Made by a program: the position numbers and the translations under genes. Under the pieces are notes generated by a model that made no database searches, was not told the origin of the DNA, and was given only the letters and a program-made list of their open reading frames with translations. This document shows, piece by piece, positions 40,368 through 49,889 of a stretch of 64,000 nt of DNA; the first letter of the stretch is position 1; each line of letters begins with the position of its first letter. Origin of the DNA: Limisphaerales bacterium (GTDB lineage Bacteria > Verrucomicrobiota > Verrucomicrobiia > Limisphaerales > JAJOIW01). The DNA lies in NCBI GenBank assembly GCA_965657355.1, contig CBFHOE010000005.1:102014-166013 (forward strand). The letters are read 5' to 3'.

Positions 40368-41072
40368 CTATTGAAGAGTATAAAGTTCTATAATTTCAGA
40401 TTCTGCTGACTGTCTTTCTTTTTCCGTATTTACTGTGAGATGTTTTCCCTCGTGCAAGAACGCACCAAGTTTTTTTTTCTTTGCTAAGGAATCCATCCAT
40501 TCCGTGACATCACTGTAGTTTATAATGGTTTTTAAGCTGTCAGGGGAGGCAACAAAAAAGCCAATGTTTATGAAATACGGGAGATCGGGCTTTTCACGAA
40601 ATCCAGTAGCTAATTGTCCACTCACATCTACAATGCCAAAAGAAGATTTGAATGGAAAAACAGTAACACTGACGTCAGTTTGCTGCTCGTTGTGGAACGA
40701 GCACAAATCTTGTAAGCGAACATTAGCAATGGTGTCACCATAACAAACTAATGCTGGCCCCTTTAGATCTTTAGAAACCTCAATCAACCTTTCGGCGATA
40801 CTGGCATCGCCTAAATCTGAAAGTTCTATATCTATATCTTCACAGTCCAAGGAATCGTCCACGAACTCTCGAATCATTTCGGCTTTGTAACCAATACAAA
40901 AAATAAACCGCTTTATTTGCTGCCCTTTGAGAAACTCAACAAGATGCTGTAATAATGGCTTATCCAGAACAGGAACAAGTGGCTTAGGACATTTATCTGT
41001 AAATGGACGAAGCCTTTCTCCTTTTCCTCCACAAAGCAAAATTGCTGTGAGATTTGATGGACTCACTGACAT
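40368..41072 (-). CDS. Sugar-phosphate nucleotidyltransferase
   Basis: LCGGKGERLRP..PKPLV, YGD, FREKP, INIGFF. Confidence 0.9.
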   Translation of the reverse strand: MSVSPSNLTAILLCGGKGERLRPFTDKCPKPLVPVLDKPLLQHLVEFLKGQQIKRFIFCIGYKAEMIREFVDDSLDCEDIDIELSDLGDASIAERLIEVSKDLKGPALVCYGDTIANVRLQDLCSFHNEQQTDVSVTVFPFKSSFGIVDVSGQLATGFREKPDLPYFINIGFFVASPDSLKTIINYSDVTEWMDSLAKKKKLGAFLHEGKHLTVNTEKERQSAESEIIELYTLQ

Positions 41073-41182
41073 AATATTTTATTTGACCTGGGAAAAGTTC
41101 TTTTTTCAAAGAAAACCCATAATTACCAGTAGCTTAAGTGTAAATATTGTTGGTTTTGGTGGGCCAAACAACCAAAAAGGCA

Positions 41183-42388
41183 TTAATCACCCTGTCTTAG
41201 TTTTCGACTAAAATTTTCAAGAGTTAAACATTGAACTGCTTTTCTTGCTTCCTGACCCATAGATTGGAGCAAATCTGGCGAATTTCTGAGTGTTTCAAGC
41301 TTTTCCAAGATCGCCGAATTGTCTCGTATCGGGACAATAAAACCATTTTCTCCGTCCCGAACCAGGTCAGCAGCACCAGTATTTTCAGTTACAATAACAG
41401 GTTTACCGCATGCCATAGCCTCAGCAACGACGTAGCCAAACCCATCGGCCAGCGAGGGATGCACTAAAACTGAACTATTTCCGAATGCGTTTTCATACCC
41501 AAGTTGCCGAATACTACCCGGTTTCATTTTAATTCTGGCGTCATCATTGATGGCCTTCTTCATGAAGTCAGCAACAGGCCGAGCACCTGGGCTACCCCAT
41601 AAATGGAGCTCAGCTTTGGGGTCATTAAAATCTTTGAAAGCTTTTATAAGATAGTGAAAACCTTTTGCAGGCTCCAGTAATCCAGCATAAGCAACCACAA
41701 AATTCTGAGGATTCTTTTGCTCAATTACCTCATGTGATGGAAAAGCATCCCAATCTAATGGTGGATTGGCAGAAAAAACTTTTTCTGGAGAGATACCACG
41801 GTCGATAAACATGCGCCGAGCAACATTGGACATAACCCTGATGTCGTCAGCTTCGGCATACTCTTCAAGCATACGATCAAGGACGCTGGACCTCAGAGTA
41901 GGCTTAATTGTAAAAATTTCACATTCCTCGGTGAGCTCAGTAAAATAAGCCTCGGCGTGAATCGTTATTACATCCAGGCGAGCCCAAGCCCCTCGCATTT
42001 TAGCTTTTTTGATTGAATCAAGAGACTGACCAGTTGCCCCTTGAAAAAACGAGCAATCAGAAAGGTTCTTTGCGACATAGGAATCAAAATGCTTATCGCC
42101 CAGAGCCACGTGAAGATCTCTGAATTTGCGCAAATAAGGAGTCTCGCTCATAATTTTTGATATTTTTGAGGGATTAACTACCGTGGTGTCAGTGTCTCCA
42201 TATGGACCCTGGCTGAATAAACGCATGCTTTCGGGACCAGCTTGCAAATAGGCTTGTATCATGTGTTGAAAGTTAAGCCCCTGCCCTCCTTTTCCGGGTA
42301 AAGCATTCGCTGAAAGAATGACGGATAACTCCTTAGAAATTTTCAATGCAAGTATGTTTTTACCTTTTCGCCGGGAATTATCGAACAA
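41183..42388 (-). CDS. Glycosyltransferase family 4 (start uncertain)
   Basis: AGLLEPAKG, VHPSLADGFGYVVAEAMACGKPVI, GENGFIVP. Confidence 0.9.
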   Translation of the reverse strand: MFDNSRRKGKNILALKISKELSVILSANALPGKGGQGLNFQHMIQAYLQAGPESMRLFSQGPYGDTDTTVVNPSKISKIMSETPYLRKFRDLHVALGDKHFDSYVAKNLSDCSFFQGATGQSLDSIKKAKMRGAWARLDVITIHAEAYFTELTEECEIFTIKPTLRSSVLDRMLEEYAEADDIRVMSNVARRMFIDRGISPEKVFSANPPLDWDAFPSHEVIEQKNPQNFVVAYAGLLEPAKGFHYLIKAFKDFNDPKAELHLWGSPGARPVADFMKKAINDDARIKMKPGSIRQLGYENAFGNSSVLVHPSLADGFGYVVAEAMACGKPVIVTENTGAADLVRDGENGFIVPIRDNSAILEKLETLRNSPDLLQSMGQEARKAVQCLTLENFSRKLRQGD

Positions 42389-42451
42389 ATATTTTCAAGA
42401 TTGAATGAAATTGGAGTGACAATTTCAGTTTTCTGATGAAATTATCATGAC

Positions 42452-43018
42452 ATGGTCCTCGTGATAGACAATTACGACTCTTTTACGTTTAACCTCGTCC
42501 AATACCTCGGTGAAGCCGGGGCCGAACTTGTAATTCGTAGAAATGACCAAGTCACTATCGACGAGATCGAAAAATTGAGTCCAGAGAGAATTCTTATTTC
42601 TCCAGGCCCCTGCTCCCCAAAGGAAGCTGGCCTTTCTAACGAGGTTATTAAACATTTTGCAGGCAAGCTCCCAATTTTTGGTGTTTGTTTGGGACACCAA
42701 TGCATAGCCCACAGCTTTGGAGCGGTCGTAAAAATCAATTACCGGTTGATGCACGGAAAAGTTTCACTGATCCACCACAATGGGAAAGACATCTTTGAAA
42801 ACATACCTCAGCCATTCGAAGCAACTCGATACCATTCGCTGATTGTAGACAAAGAAACTCTACCCGAAGATTTTGAAATCACTGCAGAAACCGAGGAGGG
42901 AGAAATAATGGGACTCAAACATAAGGATTTACCGATATGGGGTGTTCAATTCCACCCAGAAAGCATTCTCACTCAATCGGGTCACGAATTAGTGGATAAT
43001 TTTCTCAAAGTCGGGTAA
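42452..43018 (+). CDS. trpG: Anthranilate/aminodeoxychorismate synthase glutamine amidotransferase component II
   Basis: [33 protein letters not shown]; TrpG and PabA cannot be told apart here. Confidence 0.93.
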   Translation: MVLVIDNYDSFTFNLVQYLGEAGAELVIRRNDQVTIDEIEKLSPERILISPGPCSPKEAGLSNEVIKHFAGKLPIFGVCLGHQCIAHSFGAVVKINYRLMHGKVSLIHHNGKDIFENIPQPFEATRYHSLIVDKETLPEDFEITAETEEGEIMGLKHKDLPIWGVQFHPESILTQSGHELVDNFLKVG

Positions 43019-43094
43019 TCGGTAAAATTTAATCAATTTAAGGCTTTTTTTCTGATTAATTTGTGCGTTTATTGATTCTCCATTTAATCTGGAA

Positions 43095-44312
43095 ATGTCA
43101 TTAATAGTTCAAAAATACGGTGGTTCTTCAGTCGGTGATGTCGAACGGATCCGTAATGTTGCGAGCCGGGTCGCTCGATGGCACCAACAAGGAAACCAAA
43201 TCGTTGTCGTGGTTTCTGCAATGCGCGGTGTCACAGACCACCTTCTCGGTATGGCTCGGGATTTGACCGAAATACCAGATGAAAGGGAAATGGATATGTT
43301 GCTCGCCACTGGAGAGCAAACCACCATAGCCCTAACGGCTATGGCTCTCCACGAGATGGGCATACCAGCAGTCTCAATGACTGGTGCTCAAGCAGGAATT
43401 ATTACCGACGGAGTGCATACAAAGGCAAAAATCCAAAACATCACGCCTGAATTGCTCCATCAAAGACTAGATGAGGGAAAAGTTGTCATCGTGGCTGGTT
43501 TTCAGGGCCAGACTCTTCATGGACAGCTAACAACTTTGGGGAGAGGTGGCTCAGATCTGACGGCAATTGCCCTTGCTTCTGCTCTTAAAGCGGACCTTTG
43601 CCAAATTTACACGGATGTTGATGGAGTTTATACAACTGACCCTCGTTTGTGCCCAAATGCCCGCAAATTAGAAGAGATTTCTTACGATGAAATGCTCGAG
43701 CTTGCCAGCACTGGGGCAAAGGTCATGCAATCGAGGAGCGTAGAGTTTGCCAAGAAATTCCAAGTATTATTTGAAGTTCGATCAAGTCTTAATGACAACC
43801 CAGGAACCACTGTGAAGGAAGAAACTAAAAATATGGAGGACGTCGTTATTCGCGGTGTCGCACTGGATAAAAATCAAGCTAAAGTAACTTTAGTTGGAGT
43901 CAGAGACAAACCCGGTTTTGCCGCAAAAGTTTTCAGAGCGTTAAGTGATGGTAACATAAATGTGGATATGATTGTTCAGAATATCAGCCACGATTCCGAT
44001 CCTCCGAAAACAGATATTTCTTTTACGATCGATAAACCCGACGTTCCCAAATCGCTCAAAGTATTGAACCACATTCGAGAAGCTATCCAAATTGATGATA
44101 TTATCTCAGATGAAGGGATTGGAAAAATATCAATCGTCGGAGTGGGTATGAGAAGCCACAGTGGAGTCGCAACAAAGCTTTTTGAAACCCTCGCATCTGA
44201 GAATGTGAATATTCAAATGATTTCCACGAGTGAGATCAGGATTTCGGTCGTTGTGGATATCAAGGATGCCGAAATCGGTGTCAAATCTATCCACAAAGCA
44301 TTTCTGGAATAA
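43095..44312 (+). CDS. lysC: Aspartate kinase
   Basis: VQKYGGSSV, VVSAM, TTLGRGGSD, TDVDG..DPR, two ACT domains, ISTSEI. Confidence 0.97.
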   Translation: MSLIVQKYGGSSVGDVERIRNVASRVARWHQQGNQIVVVVSAMRGVTDHLLGMARDLTEIPDEREMDMLLATGEQTTIALTAMALHEMGIPAVSMTGAQAGIITDGVHTKAKIQNITPELLHQRLDEGKVVIVAGFQGQTLHGQLTTLGRGGSDLTAIALASALKADLCQIYTDVDGVYTTDPRLCPNARKLEEISYDEMLELASTGAKVMQSRSVEFAKKFQVLFEVRSSLNDNPGTTVKEETKNMEDVVIRGVALDKNQAKVTLVGVRDKPGFAAKVFRALSDGNINVDMIVQNISHDSDPPKTDISFTIDKPDVPKSLKVLNHIREAIQIDDIISDEGIGKISIVGVGMRSHSGVATKLFETLASENVNIQMISTSEIRISVVVDIKDAEIGVKSIHKAFLE

Positions 44313-44332
44313 ACGAACCTTGCTTGGAGATT

Positions 44333-45001
44333 TTACTCTTTAAGTGAGTATATTTGCAAATCGTCAAATAAGATAGGGAGACCTGAGTAAGCGGTCCCAA
44401 AAACGGAGGACTCCCCACCAAAAGGTTCTTCCTTAGTGATTAAAGAAATAATAGGTTTTTTCGGTCTCTCTTTCGAGGACTCCCAAATAAAGCCTTCTAT
44501 TTTCCAAGTATCATCATCGTTATTTTGATAGAGTGTTATTTCAAGGGATGCCCATTTATTGGCACTCATCCAGCGATAGTCATTTGATGCGACGACTTCT
44601 TCCTCAAAAAGAATTTCAACTTTTCTTTTCGCTGGACTCACCCTGAATTGATACCCCCCTATTCCATGTATACCCACTCCAAATGACGGATAGGATCGCC
44701 TCTTTTTTCTGGCAAGAATCTTGCATCTTACCCTTATGTTAGACTCCAGGTAATCACCAAAAAGAAACCCGTGATCACCAAGCGGCTCAGCCGATAATTC
44801 AGCACATTTATTCCCTTTCGCCTCGGCTACAATTTTAAATTTACCGTCCAAAATTAGAAAATTATCAGATAACTCTCCAAGTGGCTCTTCCTGAAATTTT
44901 TCAGAAAAGACTTTTTTATATCCAGTAGGAGCGATCGTATCAGATTTGGCGAAATATAAAGTGATTAAATTCAGTAATATAATGGGAACAATTATTTTCA
45001 T
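44333..45001 (-). CDS. Exported beta-sandwich (ConA/DUF1080-like) hypothetical protein
   Basis: Signal peptide, beta-rich, PSFGVG..GGYQFRV, C-terminal ILFDDLQI. Confidence 0.7.
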   Translation of the reverse strand: MKIIVPIILLNLITLYFAKSDTIAPTGYKKVFSEKFQEEPLGELSDNFLILDGKFKIVAEAKGNKCAELSAEPLGDHGFLFGDYLESNIRVRCKILARKKRRSYPSFGVGIHGIGGYQFRVSPAKRKVEILFEEEVVASNDYRWMSANKWASLEITLYQNNDDDTWKIEGFIWESSKERPKKPIISLITKEEPFGGESSVFGTAYSGLPILFDDLQIYSLKE

Positions 45002-45041
45002 TTTAAAATAGGACTTAAAAATAACTTTTTAATAATCTCAT

Positions 45042-45533
45042 TTATTCCACCTTGAATATTACTGGAGAGAATTCTTGAGCAAGCCGATCTCCTTTGTCCC
45101 TGTCTTGGCTTGAAATCTTTTCAGCAATAGTCCTCCACGCTTGAGAGGCTTCGAGATCATCTTGATTTAAGGACAACCTCATCCACTTCCATGCTGCGGG
45201 AAAATCCTTTTCAACTCCCTTACCTAAATAGCATAGCATTGCGAGTATACATTGTGCTCTAGAGTGCCCGCCTGAAGCGGCCCTCTCGTACCAGAGTGCC
45301 GCTTCGACAACATCTGGCTGGACTCCTTTGCCCTTAAAAAAACTCTCCGCGACTTGAAATTGGGATTCAACATCTCCTTCGCTCGCCTCTTTCCAAACCT
45401 GGGTAAAGTGAGCGGTGTTGAAATCTCTAGCATATTGTTTTGCTGCCGAAAACCCTTTGGATAAATGCACAACCGTTTCCTGAACATTTTTTTTGTTCAT
45501 TAACATTTTTGCTGCACCAAAGATCCAAGACAT
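45042..45533 (-). CDS. Sel1-like repeat protein
   Basis: GDVESQFQVA..GKGVQPDVVEAALWYERAA; GHSRAQ..LA..GKGVEKD..AWKW. Confidence 0.88.
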   Translation of the reverse strand: MSWIFGAAKMLMNKKNVQETVVHLSKGFSAAKQYARDFNTAHFTQVWKEASEGDVESQFQVAESFFKGKGVQPDVVEAALWYERAASGGHSRAQCILAMLCYLGKGVEKDFPAAWKWMRLSLNQDDLEASQAWRTIAEKISSQDRDKGDRLAQEFSPVIFKVE

Positions 45534-45537
45534 CTCT

Positions 45538-46455
45538 TTATTCTCCAGAAGGTTTTTCTACGACAACCTCACTAGTTTTCTCAACTTCATTAAAAAATAG
45601 TTGTTCAAGGCGAGCTAGGATAGGTTTTGAGCTGGAGGCTCCAATGGGACGCCCGTCGACTTCATCGATAGGCGCTAATTCTCCCATCGTTCCAGTACAA
45701 AACATCTCGTCTGCCCTGTAAATTTCAGTTAAAGAAAGGTCTTTCTCAATAGCAGGTATATTGTTCCGCTTACAAAGGTTCAAAACTGTCGATCTGGTTA
45801 TTCCCTCAGGGCAGGCTGTCGTTTTTGGAGTAAACACAACACCTTTATCAACGATAAATATGTGTGTCGCATTCGTCTCAGCTACAAACCCATTATAATC
45901 GAGCATTAGAGCATCATCTACCCCGGCTTGATTAGCTTGAATTTTTGCAAGAATAGATTGAATGAGGTTGTTATGATGAATTTTAGGATCCATACAATCC
46001 GGAGGAAAGCGTCGAACACTTGACGTTATGAGCTTCAATCCTGACTTATCGTATACAGGTGCTTTATGCTCAGCTAATATGATCAAAGTGTGCCCTTGCG
46101 TATTTAATCGAGGGTCCATTCCAGAAGTTAGTTTAACCCCTCTGGTTAGGGTGAGTCGAATATGAACGCCATCATACATATTATTGGCTTCCAAAGTTTT
46201 TTTAATCTCATTTACAATCGAGTCCTTATCAGGGATAGATTTGAAAGCCAAGGCAAGCGCTGAACTTTTCAATCTATCTAAGTGCTCGCTGAGGGTAAAA
46301 ATTCTCCCTTTATATACCCTCAATCCTTCCCAAACGGCATCCCCTCCTTGAACCACTGAGTCAAATGGGCTGATCCCAGCCTCATCACGGTGGACAATAT
46401 GGCCATTGATATTGACCATTAGATTTTTATTTTTCTCATTAAATTTCTGGAGCAT
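45538..46455 (-). CDS. Class IV PLP aminotransferase (branched-chain/D-amino-acid family)
   Basis: GDAVWEGLR, HLDRL, TRG, DPKIHH, AETNATH, EGITR, ADEMFCTGTMGE. Confidence 0.92.
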   Translation of the reverse strand: MLQKFNEKNKNLMVNINGHIVHRDEAGISPFDSVVQGGDAVWEGLRVYKGRIFTLSEHLDRLKSSALALAFKSIPDKDSIVNEIKKTLEANNMYDGVHIRLTLTRGVKLTSGMDPRLNTQGHTLIILAEHKAPVYDKSGLKLITSSVRRFPPDCMDPKIHHNNLIQSILAKIQANQAGVDDALMLDYNGFVAETNATHIFIVDKGVVFTPKTTACPEGITRSTVLNLCKRNNIPAIEKDLSLTEIYRADEMFCTGTMGELAPIDEVDGRPIGASSSKPILARLEQLFFNEVEKTSEVVVEKPSGE

Positions 46456-46507
46456 ATCTGCGTTTCTCTCTTCTGTTTTTTTATTTAAATAGTCGATCTA
46501 ATTTGAG

Positions 46508-48088
46508 TTAAGGAGAAATTGTTCTCGGGAATGTATTATCTCTCGATTTAGATATTCTAAAAATAGAATCTAAATCCGATTTCACCCTCTGACTATCAAA
46601 GTTACTTCCAAGCTTTATTGTCTTAAGAAAATCCATGGAATCCAGCAACATGGATTCATTCCCATCGTGCAGCAAACCAAGAAACTCGCCTCCTTGAGAA
46701 AAAAGAAAATTACCCCGGCTGGATTTAAAATCTCCTAACAAAGAGGAAATGACACTGCCATTTTTGAGTCGAATTGATTTCATATTTCCAGGAATAATTG
46801 AATACGGACTCACCCCGTATTTTTCATTCTCGGATTGCACTACAACCACTTCTGGGTATTGGAATGGATCATTAGAAAATTTATAGACTTCAGGAAGCAT
46901 GGCAAAATCTTCCTGGGCGACTTTGATTTCAGCGACAACAAAATGTGAGTTACCTTTGAGAAGTCCGATCTCACTTACCTCGACTTTCACCCCCCCATAC
47001 TTTATGAAGAGTTTAATATCAATGGGTGTATTCACTCGGTATTTAACTTCAAATGGAGTGTCGTAAATATGACACATGGTATATATACGATTCGAGCCAT
47101 CAGTTTGAAATAAAATAGATGGAATCCTCTTTTCTTTTTCAACTAAGTTACCCACGATTCCTCGAGAGCTATATTCGAAATGTAATTGAACAGACCTGTT
47201 GAGAAAATCATTAAATATCTCGTGCGGTGACATGGGGCTGCTACGTCTGATCTCCTTTGTAATCTCATCTGACTTGTTGGCTAGTGAGGCCACACTAGAA
47301 GTCAAACTCGCTGCTTGATTCTGTAATTTTTGATTTAGCTCCCTTTCTTGAGATAGAAACTCTCTGGTTTGTTGAAGGTTGCTAGAAATAAGTTTTTTCT
47401 CCGACTGAAGCACGTCGATTGTCGAATCCAAAAGTTGTGTTCTACGGGATAGTTGCGTTGATTCTTCCTCAAGTTTTTTGTTTCGATCTATTGCAAATTT
47501 TACATTTGCCTCAGCATCAATAAGCCGTTGTTCTAGCATTGCCTGTTCGCGAATGGCGGCACTTAATAAATTTTCTTTTTGTTGAACAGCCATCTCTGCC
47601 TCTTTCAACTTTGTTTCATTAATAATGAAATCTTGTTGTTTTTGAATTAGAAGGCCCTGTAATTCAGCCTTTTCCCTCTGTGTCAGAGCTTTGAATTGAG
47701 TCATAGAAGATTGAGTTCTTTCCAGAGATTTCTGAAGATTTTTTATTTCTATCTCTTTTTGATTTTTCTCTTCTGCAAACTGGTTAGCGTCTTCTTTTAC
47801 TAATTCATAGTCAGATTTTAATTGGTCAAGTTGTTGATTGGATAGAGCGAGATTCTCATTTGCTTTTTTAAGAGAAAGGGTTTTTTGTTCATTTTCCATT
47901 TTCTCAAGTGCCAACGACTCTTGGAGAGTTTTTACTAGGCCTGACATGTCACCAGAATCATCTTTTGGCTCCTGAATGACTTTATCAGGATTCACAATAA
48001 TGGCATCGGCAGGAACATCGAATCGAGCCATTGCAAACATGCTCAGTAATAAAAAATCACATACTAATAAAAGTAGAGGCCTGTTCAT
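46508..48088 (-). CDS. Single-pass membrane protein: MotB/ExbD-like Asp-bearing TM, long coiled coil, trypsin-like C-terminal fold
   Basis: LLLLVCDFLLLSMFAM; heptad-rich E/Q/K/L region at about aa 50-280; YTMCH and SSRGNFLFSQGGEFLGLL. The CDS is secure; the domain calls are inference. Confidence 0.7.
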   Translation of the reverse strand: MNRPLLLLVCDFLLLSMFAMARFDVPADAIIVNPDKVIQEPKDDSGDMSGLVKTLQESLALEKMENEQKTLSLKKANENLALSNQQLDQLKSDYELVKEDANQFAEEKNQKEIEIKNLQKSLERTQSSMTQFKALTQREKAELQGLLIQKQQDFIINETKLKEAEMAVQQKENLLSAAIREQAMLEQRLIDAEANVKFAIDRNKKLEEESTQLSRRTQLLDSTIDVLQSEKKLISSNLQQTREFLSQERELNQKLQNQAASLTSSVASLANKSDEITKEIRRSSPMSPHEIFNDFLNRSVQLHFEYSSRGIVGNLVEKEKRIPSILFQTDGSNRIYTMCHIYDTPFEVKYRVNTPIDIKLFIKYGGVKVEVSEIGLLKGNSHFVVAEIKVAQEDFAMLPEVYKFSNDPFQYPEVVVVQSENEKYGVSPYSIIPGNMKSIRLKNGSVISSLLGDFKSSRGNFLFSQGGEFLGLLHDGNESMLLDSMDFLKTIKLGSNFDSQRVKSDLDSIFRISKSRDNTFPRTISP

Positions 48089-49836
48089 TTTTTATTTGCG
48101 TCCCTGATGAGTTCTTGGCGAAGAGGTCTGAGATGAAAGATCTTAACAAAAGCAACAGAAATAATTCCAAAAAGCGTGGAGGCATATGCTGCCATGAGGC
48201 TAGCGTTCACTAATCCTAAAGTGACCATGCTTAATGCTAAAACTGTTCCCCCAAGGCCAACATAAAGGCCACTGTCAAACAGATTTTCTTCGTTTGCCAA
48301 CAGCTCGAGTTTAAGGCTAGCGGATTCTTTTGATTTTCGTATCTCTGCCAACTTCATCCTGCATACTAAATATAATATAAATTGTATTAATGAAAATGCC
48401 ACCAATACGATAATGGTTGGCTGGTCTAGTGATTGAGTATTCATTGATGATGATGATGAAAAAGTAAATTGTTTTGAAGGTGCTGGCGTATTTGTTGAAA
48501 CCATTGAGTATTTCGAATCCGGTGTGACTTTTTCTAATGGAGGCTCACTCAAGAACCAAAATAGTCCACCAATAATTAAAGCGACCGAGATATTTCTCAT
48601 GAGCTCTAAGCTTCGATCAGTCGATGGTCTTGCTGAGGGTTTTTCCTCACCGGTAGAAAGAATGAAATGGTTGAATGAAGCAATTGAGAAGTTGACCAAG
48701 CATAGTGAGCCACCCCAGAAGAGGATTATTTTCAATACAAAGCCTAGGTGAGGATTTTGAATAGCCAATAGTTCTAAGCCAGCCGCCTTTCCAACAATTG
48801 CAATACTTTTGGGTAAACTAGGCAATAATGAGTTCTTATCAGTAATTTCCTTCTTTGTATCTAAGATGTAATCAACGGCATTTTTCCCCAGCCATAATGC
48901 CTTTATTAATGAATCTTTACGCGCCTGGTTTTTTTTATCATCGGGGGTATACATCACCGAAGCCACTTTAAGTGGATCACCATGAATTAAGGAAACAGCG
49001 TAGTATACTGGAAAAATATCAGGGGCTGATACTGAAATTTTACTAGCACGGACAATAGCTTCAGGGGATTTACATTGCTTGACCAGCTCAGCCATGGACA
49101 TATAGCCTAGTTTTGAAGATAGATTCAATATGGACAGCAGAAAGATCTCTAATTGCTCAGTCTCCTTATTTGGGCCATCCAACGCCGCCTTTGACCAAAG
49201 CTGTAATACCTGTGAAATCGATTGATCACAATATCCAGATTGAACAATCATCGCAGTGATAAGAACTGAGATATCCAATGGGGAACCAGAAGCAGTGGTT
49301 ACTGGCTCCAATTTTTTGAAATGACTTATGCCTCTGGCTTTGAGAATGCTATTTACAACCCCATTATTGGATTGATCCATGATATCAATAAGCCTCAATC
49401 TAAGAGATTTATTGAGAAATAGGCTCATGGTATTTGTTACGATTCCTGATTCATCTAAAATATTTGAGAAGGCCTCTTGGAACTGCTGTCGGGTAAAAAC
49501 ACGATCAAACACTCTCTCGAAATACGGTTCAGCCCCTCCTGAAAGTTGAAATAGAGGTCGATCCTCAAGTAGCTTATCTATCCTAATTTTGAAGTTTCCA
49601 TAATTAGTAGATGTTAGTTCTGGATTATTGATTATCGTGGATACGACGCCAGGATTTTCACTTTGAAAGTAGTATTCAAGTCTTGAATCGAGTGAATCAG
49701 ATTTTTCGGACTCAGATGATAAAACGTCTCTAGGCACAACACCCCAGTAGGCAGGCGTGAGAATACCCGCTATAGTCAAAATGACTCCCAAAAGGAGATA
49801 CGAAATCAGTACAAAAACTCGATTCATTTGAACCAC
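48085..49836 (-). CDS. Multi-pass membrane protein with large soluble domain and C-terminal MotA/TolQ/ExbB-like helix pair
   Basis: LYVGLGGTVLAL...LMAAYASTLFGII; ATGA overlap with the downstream gene. Confidence 0.7.
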   Translation of the reverse strand: MVQMNRVFVLISYLLLGVILTIAGILTPAYWGVVPRDVLSSESEKSDSLDSRLEYYFQSENPGVVSTIINNPELTSTNYGNFKIRIDKLLEDRPLFQLSGGAEPYFERVFDRVFTRQQFQEAFSNILDESGIVTNTMSLFLNKSLRLRLIDIMDQSNNGVVNSILKARGISHFKKLEPVTTASGSPLDISVLITAMIVQSGYCDQSISQVLQLWSKAALDGPNKETEQLEIFLLSILNLSSKLGYMSMAELVKQCKSPEAIVRASKISVSAPDIFPVYYAVSLIHGDPLKVASVMYTPDDKKNQARKDSLIKALWLGKNAVDYILDTKKEITDKNSLLPSLPKSIAIVGKAAGLELLAIQNPHLGFVLKIILFWGGSLCLVNFSIASFNHFILSTGEEKPSARPSTDRSLELMRNISVALIIGGLFWFLSEPPLEKVTPDSKYSMVSTNTPAPSKQFTFSSSSSMNTQSLDQPTIIVLVAFSLIQFILYLVCRMKLAEIRKSKESASLKLELLANEENLFDSGLYVGLGGTVLALSMVTLGLVNASLMAAYASTLFGIISVAFVKIFHLRPLRQELIRDANKK

Positions 49837-49889
49837 TTACTGTGGCATGATATGGACCAAAATAGTCCAGGGAGTCCTCCCTGTCACCC

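Noticed and set aside
46508..49836. Calling the motor-like pair a Zorya defence system or a flagellar stator
   Set aside because: No ZorC/D/E, no OmpA-type domain on the B subunit, no long ZorA cytoplasmic tail, no flagellar genes, and a housekeeping context.
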